Source: Spirochaetia bacterium
GTDB taxonomy: Bacteria; Spirochaetota; Spirochaetia; SZUA-6; Bin103
Assembly: GCA_965203905.1 (NCBI GenBank)
Contig: CBDBDQ010000005.1
Coordinates: 5,600,001-5,664,000 of the forward strand
Direction: 5' to 3'
Length of the DNA stretch: 64,000 nucleotides
Shown: positions 1 to 11,269 of the stretch, piece by piece
Layout: every line of letters begins with the position of its first letter
Position numbering within the stretch: the stretch's first letter is position 1
Translations under genes and position numbers: made by a program
Notes under the pieces: generated by a model
Databases searched by the model: none
What the model was told of the DNA's origin: nothing
Seen by the model: the letters and a program-made list of their open reading frames with translations, nothing else

Positions 1-943
1 GCGGGTCGAGGAACGCGTAGAGCAGATCGACCACCAGGTTGATGACCACCACGCCGGCGGCAAAGACCAGGTTTACGCCGGAGACCATCGGGTAATCTCG
101 GTCGAGGAGGGCATCCACCAAGAGACGCCCGATCCCCGGCAGGTTGAAGATGTTCTCCATTATTACTGATCCGCCGATCAGGACAGGCAGCTGCAGACCG
201 GTCAGGGTGATGACCGGAATGAGGGCATTCTTGATGGCGTGCCTGACCACGACCACTCGCTCCCGCAGGCCCTTGGACCAGGCGGTGCGCACGTAGTCTT
301 GCCTGAGCACCTCCAGCATCATGGTGCGGGTCATGCGCATGGTCGCGGCGGCGAAGTAGGTGCCCAGAATCAGACTGGGGACGATGAACACGCCGAGATT
401 GCCGAGCAGGTCATCGGAGAGTGCAATCATCCGAATCGGCGGAGTCCAGTTCCACCAGATCGCGGGAAAGACAATAACCAGCAGACCCAGCCAGAAGTTG
501 GGCGTCGCCAATCCGACGACCGCTACGGTACGCCCAGCGTAGTCGGCGAGCGTGTTACGGCGGATCGCCGAGTAGATGCCCACCGGCAGCGCGATGATGA
601 GCCCGATGGCGATCGCCAGAAGGCCAAGCTCGAGGGTGACCGGCAACCTGCGGAGAATCTGCTGCTCGATCGTGATGGCGCTGCCAAGCAGCGACTTCCC
701 GAGCGTGCCGTGCAGCACGATGCCGCCGATCCAGCGCGCGTACTGCACGTGCGCAGGCACATCAAGGCCGAGAAAGCGCTCGAGATCCGCGCGAGTTTCA
801 GCAGATCCGCCCCTATAGGAGCTCGCAAACATCGCGTCGATGACATCGCCGGGGATGAACCGGATGAGCAGGAACACCAGGATGCTGACCAACAACAACG
901 TCGGGATCATCAGCAGCAGTCGTCTAATGATGTAGGCTTTCAT
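1..943 (-). CDS. Peptide/nickel ABC transporter permease (OppB/DppB-like), 3' end runs off the window
   Basis: Manual translation from ATG at 943: MKAYIIRRLLLMIPT...DYVRTAWSKGLRERVVVVRHAIKNALIPVIT...DLLYAFLDP (EAA loop). Not in the ORF track because it lacks a stop in the window. Confidence 0.93.
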   Translation of the reverse strand, partial: MKAYIIRRLLLMIPTLLLVSILVFLLIRFIPGDVIDAMFASSYRGGSAETRADLERFLGLDVPAHVQYARWIGGIVLHGTLGKSLLGSAITIEQQILRRLPVTLELGLLAIAIGLIIALPVGIYSAIRRNTLADYAGRTVAVVGLATPNFWLGLLVIVFPAIWWNWTPPIRMIALSDDLLGNLGVFIVPSLILGTYFAAATMRMTRTMMLEVLRQDYVRTAWSKGLRERVVVVRHAIKNALIPVITLTGLQLPVLIGGSVIMENIFNLPGIGRLLVDALLDRDYPMVSGVNLVFAAGVVVINLVVDLLYAFLDP

Positions 944-1009
944 GCAGTGTGGTGCTGGAGGGGTGGCCGTTGGGACGGCGGCTCTGTCACCGCCATCCCA
1001 ACGCCACGA

Positions 1010-2803
1010 TCAGAACCCCAACGATTTCTTCAGATCGGGGTCGAGCCACATACGCGCCACCATGGCGCCGGCGCCGACGGATACAAGGTCATACTCGCCG
1101 TTGAAGCCCTTGACCCAGGGCTGGCTCACGGAGACATTGCCGGTGCTTCGCCGGCCGTCGTGTAGTAGTGGTTCTTCAGCATGACCAAAAGCGCCTCCTG
1201 CGAAGCCTTCTGCTGCCTCCTCGAGAGTAGACGCATTCTGCGCGGCTGCAACCAGGGCATCATACTCCGGGTTCGCGATCGGGCCCGCGGGCTGCCACGC
1301 GTTACCCGTGACGGAGTGCGTCAACGGAACCAGCTGACCCCACGTATTCGCCACCGTTGCGGAGGTCATGCTTTGGTACGTCTTGTTATTGATATTGCTC
1401 ACCCACGGAGCGGTTTCCATGACCTGTAGCTCGGCGTCGATACCAACCGCCAGAAGCTGTTCCGCATAGATCTCGTACACGTTCACATCGTAGACATTTC
1501 TGACCTCGATGTTGGTCTTGAACCTGATACCGTTGGCGCCGCGCGGGTAGCCGGCAGCGTCGAGGAGCCTTTCTGCCTCTGCCGGGTCGTGTCGGTAGAA
1601 CTTCTTGATCTCCTCGGGCCACTCGGCGAACGGCGGTGCGTATCCCACGATGGCGCTGCTCGTATGGGCTTGAGGCGTCGTGTTTGCCAAGCCCTTCCAG
1701 TAGCCGTCGTTGATCGCTTCCGCATCGAGTGCCATCTGGATCGCCTGGCGGACTCTGAGGTCGTTAACTGGCTCCACGGACAGGTTGAACGCGAGAGATG
1801 GTCCGCCCTGATAGTACGGCCACACCCCGATATCGGGATTGGTCCGCTTGAGATCGTCGATTACGTCGATACTGTGTATCTCCGAGAAGGAAACCGCACC
1901 CAGGTAGTCGATCTGGCCCGACCGGAATGCCGCCACCCGTGTCGACTCTTCGGGCATGATCAACCAGGCGACCTCGTCGATGTAGGGCAGGCGGTTGTCC
2001 GGGTACTTCTCGTCGAACGCCCAGTAGTTGGGGTTCTTGGTGAAGGTCAGGGAGCTGCCTTCAACCCAGTCGGCCAGCTCATAGGGGCCGGTGCCGACCA
2101 TGTTGCGCCAATCCAGAAGGTCGCCGTGCTCTTCGATAACTTCAGGAGGCGCGATGTGAGTACTGTATTCATGGACGATCGTCCGCTCCGCGAGGACATC
2201 CGGCGCGCTCAGTCGAAAGACGACCGTGCGGTCGTCGGTGGCGGTTACCGACACGATGCCTACATCGTCGACCTGCGCCCATTGCGCTACGAAGGGGTTG
2301 ACTTCGGTGTAGCCACTGCCCAGGCCCAGATAGCGGTGCCAGTTGTACTCCACGTCCTTGGCAGTGAGCTCGCGGCCATTCATCGGTGCCTTGTCGTGCC
2401 AGTGCACGCCGCTGCGGATCCGGACTGTCAGCGTTACCGGGTCGGTCCAGTCCCAGCTCTCGGCCAACTGACCGGTTATCGCGAAGTCAGGAATATACGG
2501 GGATTGCAGGGCGTTTTGCTGTCTGTCGAGCGCCCAATCCCCCATGGCCAGCTTCTCGAGCGTGAACATCCAACAACCGAAACCCGGGTGCCCCTGCCCG
2601 GGGTCACAATTGGGCGGCTCGCTGGCGGTGCCGAGGGTAATGGTGCCACCGTACTCGGGCGCGGTCACCATCTTGCCGGTGGCCGGGTCGCGCACCATTT
2701 CCTTCTCGGCGGCGGCGGTGTCGTCTTCGCCGGCGGGGCTGGCCAACGTAGCGGTAGCCACCAGCGCGAACACCAGCGGCAGCAACAGGAGTCTGGGAGT
2801 CAT
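1010..2803 (-). CDS. ABC transporter substrate-binding protein, family 5
   Basis: Signal peptide MTPRLLLLPLV after a GAGGAGG RBS; motifs GQLAESW, GTGPYEL, NPNYW, DLRVRQAIQMALD. Probable compensating indels near the C-terminus (see findings). Confidence 0.92.
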   Translation of the reverse strand: MTPRLLLLPLVFALVATATLASPAGEDDTAAAEKEMVRDPATGKMVTAPEYGGTITLGTASEPPNCDPGQGHPGFGCWMFTLEKLAMGDWALDRQQNALQSPYIPDFAITGQLAESWDWTDPVTLTVRIRSGVHWHDKAPMNGRELTAKDVEYNWHRYLGLGSGYTEVNPFVAQWAQVDDVGIVSVTATDDRTVVFRLSAPDVLAERTIVHEYSTHIAPPEVIEEHGDLLDWRNMVGTGPYELADWVEGSSLTFTKNPNYWAFDEKYPDNRLPYIDEVAWLIMPEESTRVAAFRSGQIDYLGAVSFSEIHSIDVIDDLKRTNPDIGVWPYYQGGPSLAFNLSVEPVNDLRVRQAIQMALDAEAINDGYWKGLANTTPQAHTSSAIVGYAPPFAEWPEEIKKFYRHDPAEAERLLDAAGYPRGANGIRFKTNIEVRNVYDVNVYEIYAEQLLAVGIDAELQVMETAPWVSNINNKTYQSMTSATVANTWGQLVPLTHSVTGNAWQPAGPIANPEYDALVAAAQNASTLEEAAEGFAGGAFGHAEEPLLHDGRRSTGNVSVSQPWVKGFNGEYDLVSVGAGAMVARMWLDPDLKKSLGF

Positions 2804-3075
2804 AACGTACTCCTCCTCGTTATTTTCGGGATCGGGACTGCGCCCCGTTGCTAACGGGCAACTGTGGTGGGCTGCGTGATCGAGCTTCATCCGCGTCTTT
2901 CCGAGTCCCGAATCAAGACTATGCCACACGCCCGGCGACGGTTCAAGCACGCGAAATCGTCCGCAGTCAACCAGGGCATTTCGCTTGCGCCAGCCGCGTC
3001 AGTCTCTGGCGCTTGATCGTGGCGGGAAGCATGCTCGGATGTCAGGCCGGTGGAAGTGCCGGTCCCGCTCTCTGC

Positions 3076-3335
3076 GCGGTGGTGGAACTGCCGGGGTTAT
3101 CGTCGCAGAGATGCGCCGCACGGGCTGGCAGCCGGAGCCGGCAGCCGCGGGGGAGATGCTGGTCCGCGGCGGCTTTCCCGAGCTGTGGGCGGACCGCACC
3201 ATACCGGCGCGCGAGTTCTACCAGAGCTACGTAAGTACCTACCTGGACGTGACCTGCGCCAAGTCGTGAACGTCGGCAGCCTGCGCGACTTCGAGCGCTT
3301 TCTGCGGTCCTGCGCGGTGCGCGCCGGCCTGCTGG
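3076..3335 (+). pseudogene. Internal fragment of an AAA_14/DUF4143-type ATP-binding protein
   Basis: AVVELPGLS, RGGFPELW..FYQSYVSTYL and RDLRQVVNVGSLRDFERFLRSCA lie in shifting frames; no N-terminus or C-terminus. Confidence 0.75.
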
Positions 3336-3519
3336 CGCGTCACGGTGCGTTCGCGTCGCTGGACGCCGTCGCGGCCGTGTTGCACAGCGCATCCGGCATC
3401 GTGCACGTGGATGTCGGCCTGGTGGGGCGCATGACGGGGACACGACGGCTGGCCGTCAACCGCACCGCGGTGTCCGGTTTCGCGATCGCCGACTTTCTGC
3501 CGGCGGACGACTAAACTGA

Positions 3520-3714
3520 ATGGGCGGGGCCGATTTCGCCCCGGGCAACGTGTATCTGAGCGCAGCCGAAACGCTGTTGCCCAGAGACTCGGTGGTCGTC
3601 GTGTCCCAATTGACCTGCATCGACCGCACGCGACTGGTGGAACAGGCGGGAACACTGGGGCCACCGAACCTCGCCGAAGTGGAGGCTGGGCTCCGACTCG
3701 TGCTCGCGCTCTAG
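3520..3714 (+). pseudogene. C-terminal half of a MazF/PemK toxin
   Basis: APGNVYL..LPRDSVVVVSQLTCIDR..EAGLRLVLAL*; the N-terminal RP catalytic motif is missing. Confidence 0.78.
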
Positions 3715-3901
3715 TGTGGTGTCCCGCAAGTTTGCCCACGCGCCGCGCGATGTAGCTCGGTCACTCCACGTAGCAGGTGGCCGCAGGACTGCGCCGCCAG
3801 CCTGCTACCGCTGCCGCCAGGTGGGTGCGCGGCGCTTCGCCACGGGCGGCAACCCTTCAGCGGCCCGCCTCTTGTGTAGAGGGATTTCCGGGACACCACA
3901 C
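3714..3901. mobile_element. IS630-family internal-deletion derivative (MITE-like)
   Basis: Terminal IR GTGTGGTGTCCCGcAAgT versus reverse complement of ATTTCCGGGACACCACAC; CTAG on the left flank and CGAG on the right; the right end encodes LCRGISGTPH, resembling IS630 transposase C-termini. Confidence 0.65.
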
Positions 3902-4054
3902 GAGAGACCTGCCGCGGTGGACCGCTCACGACGCGGGTCCGTCTCCATGCGATCCGCGCGGCAGGGCTGTTCGACGTACATCGCTCATGAGTCGAGCCGC
4001 GGCGACTCATCGCCGTTGGCGGTCGGCACGCGAACTCCGATAGACTGGCGGCGC

Positions 4055-5302
4055 ATGCAGAGTCGAGCCACACCGCCAGCCGACGTGTTCAACCTCGGCG
4101 TGCTCGCTGTCGCGCAGGCGCTGGGGCTGTCGGCCATGTCGATGATGATCTTCATCGGCGGCATAGTCGGGCGCGAGCTGGCCCCGCGGCCGGCGCTGGC
4201 GACGCTGCCCCTGGCGCTCGCCATCATCGGTCTGGCCGCGACCACCGTCCCGGCGGCGCTGCTGGCGCGCCGGCTCGGCCGGCGGCGCGCGTTCGTTATC
4301 GGGGCGCTGCTGGCAACCGCGGCGGCGCTGGTGCTCGTGCTCGCGGTCAGCCGCGTCAGCTTCCCGCTGTTCTGCGGAGCGGCCGTGGTGCTCGGTATGA
4401 ACGGCGCGTTCGTGCAGCAGTACCGCTTCGCCGCCGCCGAGAGCGCAACGCCCGAATATGCCGGGCGCGCCGTTGCCTACGTGCTGGTCGGCGGCATGAT
4501 GGGCGGTGTGCTCGGGCCCGAGGTGGCCAAGCGGAGCCGCCATCTGCTGGAGGCCGAATATGCCGGCGGCTTTCTGGTGCTTGCCGCTCTGCTGGTGCTG
4601 TTGGCGCTGGTGGTCAGCCGCCTGCGGGACAACGGCGCTCGCTTCGCCACGCCACCGCCGCCGCCCCATCGCACGCCGGTCGCAGGCGCGCCGCCCGAGG
4701 TGCGGTCCGCTGCCGCCTCCCGCCTGTCCGCGCCCGGCTTCGGCGTGGCGGTCCTGGCGGCGGCGGTCGCCTACGCGGTCATGTCGTCGATCATGACCGC
4801 CACGCCGCTGCACCTGAACGCTACCGGCCTGCCCCTCGATCGCACCGCCATCATCATCCAGAGCCACGTCATCGCGATGTACCTGCCGTCGCTCGCCAGC
4901 GGCTACATCATGGATCGCCTGGGCGTCGCTCGCGTGCTCTTAGTGGGCGTGGTCGGCATGACCGCATCGATCGTGGTGGGGGTGTACGCGGCAAGCTTCC
5001 TGGCGTCCTGGGCCGCACTGGTCCTGCTCGGCCTCGGGTGGAACATGCTGTTTCTCGGCGGCACCGTGCTCTTGGCGCGGAGGGCCGCCGGGGCCGAACG
5101 CTTTCGCCTGCAGGCCATCAACGACTTCGGCGTGTTCGGCGCGCAGGCGCTGGCCTCCCTGTCGGCCGGAACCGCGCTGGCCCTGGTGGGGTGGGACGCC
5201 CTCAACCTCGCTGTGCTGCCGCTGCTGGCCTGGGTAGCGATCACCGTCCTGGTACGGCGCGCCGCCCTCTCGGGCACCGCCCGGCGCGCCGCCGTCGCCT
5301 AG
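4055..5302 (+). CDS. MFS transporter
   Basis: About 12 hydrophobic segments; RRLGRRRAF loop, QQYRFAAAE, IQSHVIAMYLPS, QAINDF. Confidence 0.9.
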   Translation: MQSRATPPADVFNLGVLAVAQALGLSAMSMMIFIGGIVGRELAPRPALATLPLALAIIGLAATTVPAALLARRLGRRRAFVIGALLATAAALVLVLAVSRVSFPLFCGAAVVLGMNGAFVQQYRFAAAESATPEYAGRAVAYVLVGGMMGGVLGPEVAKRSRHLLEAEYAGGFLVLAALLVLLALVVSRLRDNGARFATPPPPPHRTPVAGAPPEVRSAAASRLSAPGFGVAVLAAAVAYAVMSSIMTATPLHLNATGLPLDRTAIIIQSHVIAMYLPSLASGYIMDRLGVARVLLVGVVGMTASIVVGVYAASFLASWAALVLLGLGWNMLFLGGTVLLARRAAGAERFRLQAINDFGVFGAQALASLSAGTALALVGWDALNLAVLPLLAWVAITVLVRRAALSGTARRAAVA

Positions 5303-5554
5303 TGGGACGGGACAATCCACTTAAAGCTCAACACATGTGACTGATAAAGCGGGGGTCTCCGACTGACCGCGGGCGGGAATCAAAAAAGCCAGCGCAGCAG
5401 GGGACGCGCCCAGACTACCTGAGTCAGCTTCAGGGGTCGCGTGGCGGTCTGGAGTGCCTTCATCGTGCCGGAAGTCGGGGCGCTGCGCGCTCGCGGATGT
5501 CGACCCAGAGTGCCGGCCCCGAATTGACCCGCCCCCGCAGCGCGCACGGTCGCA

Positions 5555-6049
5555 TCACGTTTCGCCTGCTTGCTCGAGGATCGCCTGAACGAGTTGGTCC
5601 GAGAGTCTGAAATCCCGCGCAGCCAGTCGCTCGAAGAAGGGCCTGACGCTCTCCACCAAGCTCGCCCTCTTGGCGGCAAGCAGTACGCCAGCAAGGCCGG
5701 TGACCGCGAGTCCATGAGCATCCGCATACGATCGTCCAAGCGGCTCGTCCATCAGTATCAACGAGGGACCGACGTGAGCGGCCGCCAGGGTGAGCGTGCT
5801 CGATTCGCCGGCGTCCAGATCAGCGAAGGCAGCGTTCGCCGCGGGCGTGTGCTCGACCTGGATCCATCCATCGCGGATGGCTGCGGCCAACTCTGCCGCC
5901 CCCGGCAGGTACCCGCCGGCCAGCACCTCGTCGCGCACCGTGTTGGTGATCGTCAACTGGCCGAACAGCCTGCGAAGCAGATCGAATCCCCCCGCGGCGG
6001 CCAGCCCGATCAGTGGGCTTGCGTCGGCCGCGACGAGCCGCTCCGCCAT
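5555..6049 (-). CDS. DUF3368 PIN-like toxin
   Basis: ADASPLI, LDAGESSTL, ILMDE, VTGLAGVLLAAK, ILEQAGE. Confidence 0.88.
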   Translation of the reverse strand: MAERLVAADASPLIGLAAAGGFDLLRRLFGQLTITNTVRDEVLAGGYLPGAAELAAAIRDGWIQVEHTPAANAAFADLDAGESSTLTLAAAHVGPSLILMDEPLGRSYADAHGLAVTGLAGVLLAAKRASLVESVRPFFERLAARDFRLSDQLVQAILEQAGET

Positions 6050-6375
6050 GCCTCGACTGCCTGGGTATCTTCACGCACCGTGGCGGGCGTGCCGTCGACG
6101 ACCGGAATGCCAAGATGGGACACTCGCTGGATGAACTTGGCAATCCCGAGGCGGGAGAACCGCGCGGCCTGACCCAGCGACAGGCTGCGCTCGCGAAACA
6201 GCGCCGTGGCGAGGGCGAGCCGGATGCCCGGCTCCGCGAGCAACGAGTCATCATCAAGATGCACCAGCAGCGCCTCCGGTTGATGTCGGTTGAGTACCAT
6301 GACCGGGTGTTCACGCGCCTCGCGAAGTGCCGCTGACGGGTTGTTCTTTAGCTCGCGGATGCTGACTGCTTTCAC
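6010..6375 (-). CDS. Phd/YefM-UPF0175 fused antitoxin
   Basis: N-terminal KAVSIRELKNNPSAALR (Phd-like) plus ALFRERSLSLGQAARFS..LGIP (UPF0175); overlaps the DUF3368 gene. Confidence 0.82.
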   Translation of the reverse strand: MKAVSIRELKNNPSAALREAREHPVMVLNRHQPEALLVHLDDDSLLAEPGIRLALATALFRERSLSLGQAARFSRLGIAKFIQRVSHLGIPVVDGTPATVREDTQAVEAWRSGSSRPTQAH

Positions 6376-6379
6376 CCTG

Positions 6380-6395
6380 CTACCTCATGAGGTAG
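6380..6395. promoter_or_regulatory. Putative antitoxin operator, perfect 16-bp palindrome
   Basis: CTACCTCATGAGGTAG, 4 bp upstream of the antitoxin GTG start. Confidence 0.65.
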
Positions 6396-6755
6396 GAACA
6401 TACCGCGGGAACACGAGGAGGAGCAAGGCTCCAACACACGCCACAGCAGCACGAGCGGCGTGCGGTCGTCAGCGCCCAGCGACTCAGCCTCAGGTTCAGC
6501 TCGCCACCCGGTGCGGCGCTGTTCATTGCCTCGCGGCGGATACGCTCCGCCGTGTCGTCCGCCCGGCGTCAGGCTCGCCCTGAGTAGGGTCGGCTACTCC
6601 AGCTCGCCAGTCAGCGTCGGCAGGACGTCCGCCAGGGTGATGCCGAAGTCGTTTTCCTGGGTGGCTTGAATAGAAAGGGGTTGTAGAACCCGCGGACACC
6701 CGACCCAACTAACCGCTGGGGTGTCGTCACGCCCAAACCATCATAGAGGCTCTCG

Positions 6756-6839
6756 TGTCTCTACGTCTATTGCCAACTGCATCGCCTGACGCACTCGGAT
6801 GTCATCAAAGGGCGGCTTGCGCACGTCCATGGCATAGGA
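6756..6839 (-). pseudogene. Orphan internal fragment of a family 5 solute-binding protein
   Basis: Translates to SYAMDVRKPPFDDIRVRQAMQLAIDVET, the same motif as DLRVRQAIQMALD in 1010..2803. Confidence 0.7.
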
Positions 6840-6998
6840 GCTTTTCGATTTACCGGTTTTCGACGGAGCAGGACGGAGGCAGACGCCGAGCTACAGCGGG
6901 TTGTATCTATCATCGCGCTCATTGCGTTGTCCACCTCCCTGCGACGACCACTGTACTACACTCCCGGCAACCGTCAAGTTCGTGGAGATGCATGCGGG

Positions 6999-7451
6999 TC
7001 ATTCGAGTATCTCGTCGGGAGTTGCGACCCGGCCCGCGTATCGGTCGAGGAAGTGGTCACGGTCCCAGGTCACGAGCGTGGTCACGAACGCCACGTACTT
7101 GCGCGCGGTCAACAGGAACTGGGCGTCACCGAGAGACATCCGCTGCTGAAGAAGCGCGAACAGTTCGCCGATGCCCATCTTGGGGACCGGAACATCGAGA
7201 TCCGGTACCGGCAGGACATCGACGCCGTAGCGATCCGGAAACTGCTCCCACAACGTGCTCAGTTGTCGTGGATTGAGGTTGAACGAAAGAATGCCGCACA
7301 ACTCAAGCAGGTTGATGGTGGTCGTAACCCCTGATCGTTCCCGCTTGATCGCGTCCAGGAAGCGGCGGTTGACGCCGAAGTTTCGATCCCGCGGGTAGCG
7401 CAGGTCGATCACGAAGACGTTGGTGTCGATGAGGTACGGTCCCTGATCCAT
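6999..7451 (-). CDS. PIN-domain (VapC-like) toxin
   Basis: YLIDTNVF, NLLE, MSLGDA, LVTWDRDHF acidic PIN residues. Confidence 0.85.
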   Translation of the reverse strand: MDQGPYLIDTNVFVIDLRYPRDRNFGVNRRFLDAIKRERSGVTTTINLLELCGILSFNLNPRQLSTLWEQFPDRYGVDVLPVPDLDVPVPKMGIGELFALLQQRMSLGDAQFLLTARKYVAFVTTLVTWDRDHFLDRYAGRVATPDEILE

Positions 7452-7687
7452 GCCGTGGCCTGCGACCAGTCGGGAAACGCCGGTTCGGACTGCGCCAGCG
7501 CTGCTTCAACCTCCGCCCAGCGTTGGTCGGCCCCTGCGGCCGAACCCTCCCACTGGTCGTCGGTGCACGGTGTCACTACCCCGATACGCTTGCCGCGGTA
7601 GGTAAGTACAAAGGGTTCTCCGGCGCGCAATCGCTTGATGAAGTCTCCGGTGTGCTGTTTCAACGCCTTTGCCGTGATCACTCCCAT
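7409..7687 (-). CDS. Phd/YefM family antitoxin
   Basis: MGVITAKALKQHTGDFIKRLRAGEPFVLTYRGKRIGVVTP; a GTGTACAC palindrome lies at 7695-7702 just upstream. Confidence 0.85.
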   Translation of the reverse strand: MGVITAKALKQHTGDFIKRLRAGEPFVLTYRGKRIGVVTPCTDDQWEGSAAGADQRWAEVEAALAQSEPAFPDWSQATAWIRDRTSSTPTSS

Positions 7688-7907
7688 CCGCGAAGTGTAC
7701 ACCCCCGAGCGGTAAGTGTCTACTCCGCGACATCGTCCGTGAGCAGCCGATCTCGCGGCAGAACGACTGGAACTCATTCGCCAGGCGAAAGAGGTCTCGC
7801 ATCCCGGATTCTGGCGCGCGACGTCGAGATCTGGCCGCTCGAATTCTTCCTGGCGGCACTGTGGCGGGACGCCCTCGCATCGTGAGGATATACCGCGGCA
7901 CGTCGGC

Positions 7908-9620
<1,713 letters not shown>

Positions 9621-9647
9621 CGCCGCGGCCCCTACGTTCCGTCGCCT

Positions 9648-10850
9648 CTAGCGGTGCGCCAGGTCGCCGATGGAAGCCTCGGCGGCAAGCCGCTCGCCGT
9701 CCGGCAGGACCACCTCGTCCTCACGCAACACCGCCGGGTGCGCGGTGGCCGGCAGCGGCGTCCGGTACTGGTAGTTCGGGTCGTGCCGCTGGCGTTCGGC
9801 GCTCTGGATTATCTCCGCCCACGCCTGCCACAGGGTGCGCAGCCGCGGCATGTCGGGAGCGATCTCCCCGGCCAGCTCCTTGAGGTGGTAGCAGGGCACA
9901 CCGGCGTACATATGGTGCTCGGCATGCCAGTTCATGCGCCAGTACAGGAACGAGGTGAACGGGTTCAGCTTGATGGAGCGGGTCGTCATCCGGAAATCCG
10001 GGACGCTGTCCATCAGTCCGAAGTGCTGCGGAATCACGATCAGTGTGAACAGCCAGCGGCCGACGAACACCGCGCCGGTCAGGACGATCGGCAGCCACCA
10101 CGCGCTCAGCGCCGCGCCAATCAGCAACGCGGCCAGGTGAAAGGCGAGGGTGAGCCGGGCGAAACGCACCGCCTTGCGTTCGATCTGTGGGCTCGTCGCG
10201 AACAGGGCGGCGGCCCACTCGCTGGCGAAAATGCCGGTGAACTTCATCCGGTAACGCCGCGTGGCCAGGCGCAGCGTGGACATCGTCAGGTGGCGCAGGC
10301 TGGCGAAACTGAACGTCAACTCCTGAACCGCCCACCACGGCGTGATGTTCAGCAGCCAGGGGTGCACCACTGTGCCGGCATCGTAGTATTGGCCGGGCAG
10401 TTCGCGGTCGCCCTCCGGATAGAGGGTGTAGCGATGATGGTAGATGTGGCTCAGGTCGTGCTCATGCGGGTTCCAGAACGACAGCACGCCGAAGATGCTC
10501 TGGAAGAAACGGTTCAGCCACCTGGTGCGAAACACGGTGCCGTGGCCGAGATCGTGACCGGCGATGTACATGAACGTGCCGAAGGTGCCGTGGCACCATA
10601 GCGCCAGGGCAAACGGCAGCCACATCGCCTGCGTGAAGAACCAGGCGGTGAGGATGCCGGTAGCGGCGAACAGGCCCAGATGGCCCAACGCCTGCAGCGC
10701 CCCCTGCAGGTCGCTGCGCCGCATCAGGCGGCGCAGCGTCGACGGGTCGATCGGCGAGCGATACCACTTCACCCGCAGGTTCCGTCGAACCTCGTCGAGC
10801 GGCGGAAACTCGAACGGACGCGCCGCAGGCGCGGTCGCCTGCTCACTCAC
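9648..10850 (-). CDS. Fatty-acid-desaturase-fold membrane di-iron oxygenase (MocD-like)
   Basis: His boxes HDLGH, HDLSHIYHH, HAEHH; N-terminal WYRSPID..LMRRSD. GTG start at 10850 is an estimate. Confidence 0.85.
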   Translation of the reverse strand: MSEQATAPAARPFEFPPLDEVRRNLRVKWYRSPIDPSTLRRLMRRSDLQGALQALGHLGLFAATGILTAWFFTQAMWLPFALALWCHGTFGTFMYIAGHDLGHGTVFRTRWLNRFFQSIFGVLSFWNPHEHDLSHIYHHRYTLYPEGDRELPGQYYDAGTVVHPWLLNITPWWAVQELTFSFASLRHLTMSTLRLATRRYRMKFTGIFASEWAAALFATSPQIERKAVRFARLTLAFHLAALLIGAALSAWWLPIVLTGAVFVGRWLFTLIVIPQHFGLMDSVPDFRMTTRSIKLNPFTSFLYWRMNWHAEHHMYAGVPCYHLKELAGEIAPDMPRLRTLWQAWAEIIQSAERQRHDPNYQYRTPLPATAHPAVLREDEVVLPDGERLAAEASIGDLAHR

Positions 10851-11214
10851 GGGCGAGGAGACTCGGCAGGCGGTCTTCGGGGCGCTGGACACGCATCCCC
10901 GCCCCATGGGTGCACCGCGACGATGTAAAGCGCTTCCACCTGAAGGATCAGTCGTACCAGCTCGGCTTTCGGCATGCACGTTGCTCCTTCTCCGTGTCGA
11001 ACCCTCCGGGCTCCTGAATGCTGTTCCCATATTAGGCATCCGCAACCAACCACGCAATCGCTGCAGCGACATCGGCGACATCGGCGGCGCCAGCGGCCAC
11101 CCTGCGAGCCGCAGCGGAAGCCAGAAACTGCGCAAGACGACGTAACACGTTACGTTACGCGTGTTAAGACATTGCAAGCCGAACACTCCAGAGGAGAGTC
11201 CATCGTTCACTATC

Positions 11215-11245
11215 GCAAAAGGTAACATTTTGTGTTATCTTTTGC
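11215..11245. promoter_or_regulatory. Inverted repeat upstream of abiEi (probable autoregulatory operator)
   Basis: GCAAAAGgTAACA-N5-TGTTAtCTTTTGC (12/13 match); second IR TAACACG/CGTGTTA at 11143-11166. Confidence 0.65.
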
Positions 11246-11269
11246 ACGCGAAGACACTGGAACCCGAGG

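Noticed and set aside
3987-4010. ATGAGTCG-N8-CGACTCAT inverted repeat upstream of the MFS gene
   Set aside because: Single 8-bp IR with no cognate regulator nearby; too weak to call.
10925-10938. LacI-type operator TAAAGCGCTTCCA (and GCAAACGGTTTCC at 41901)
   Set aside because: Single imperfect sites, no LacI gene in the window, and the first may lie within a gene remnant.
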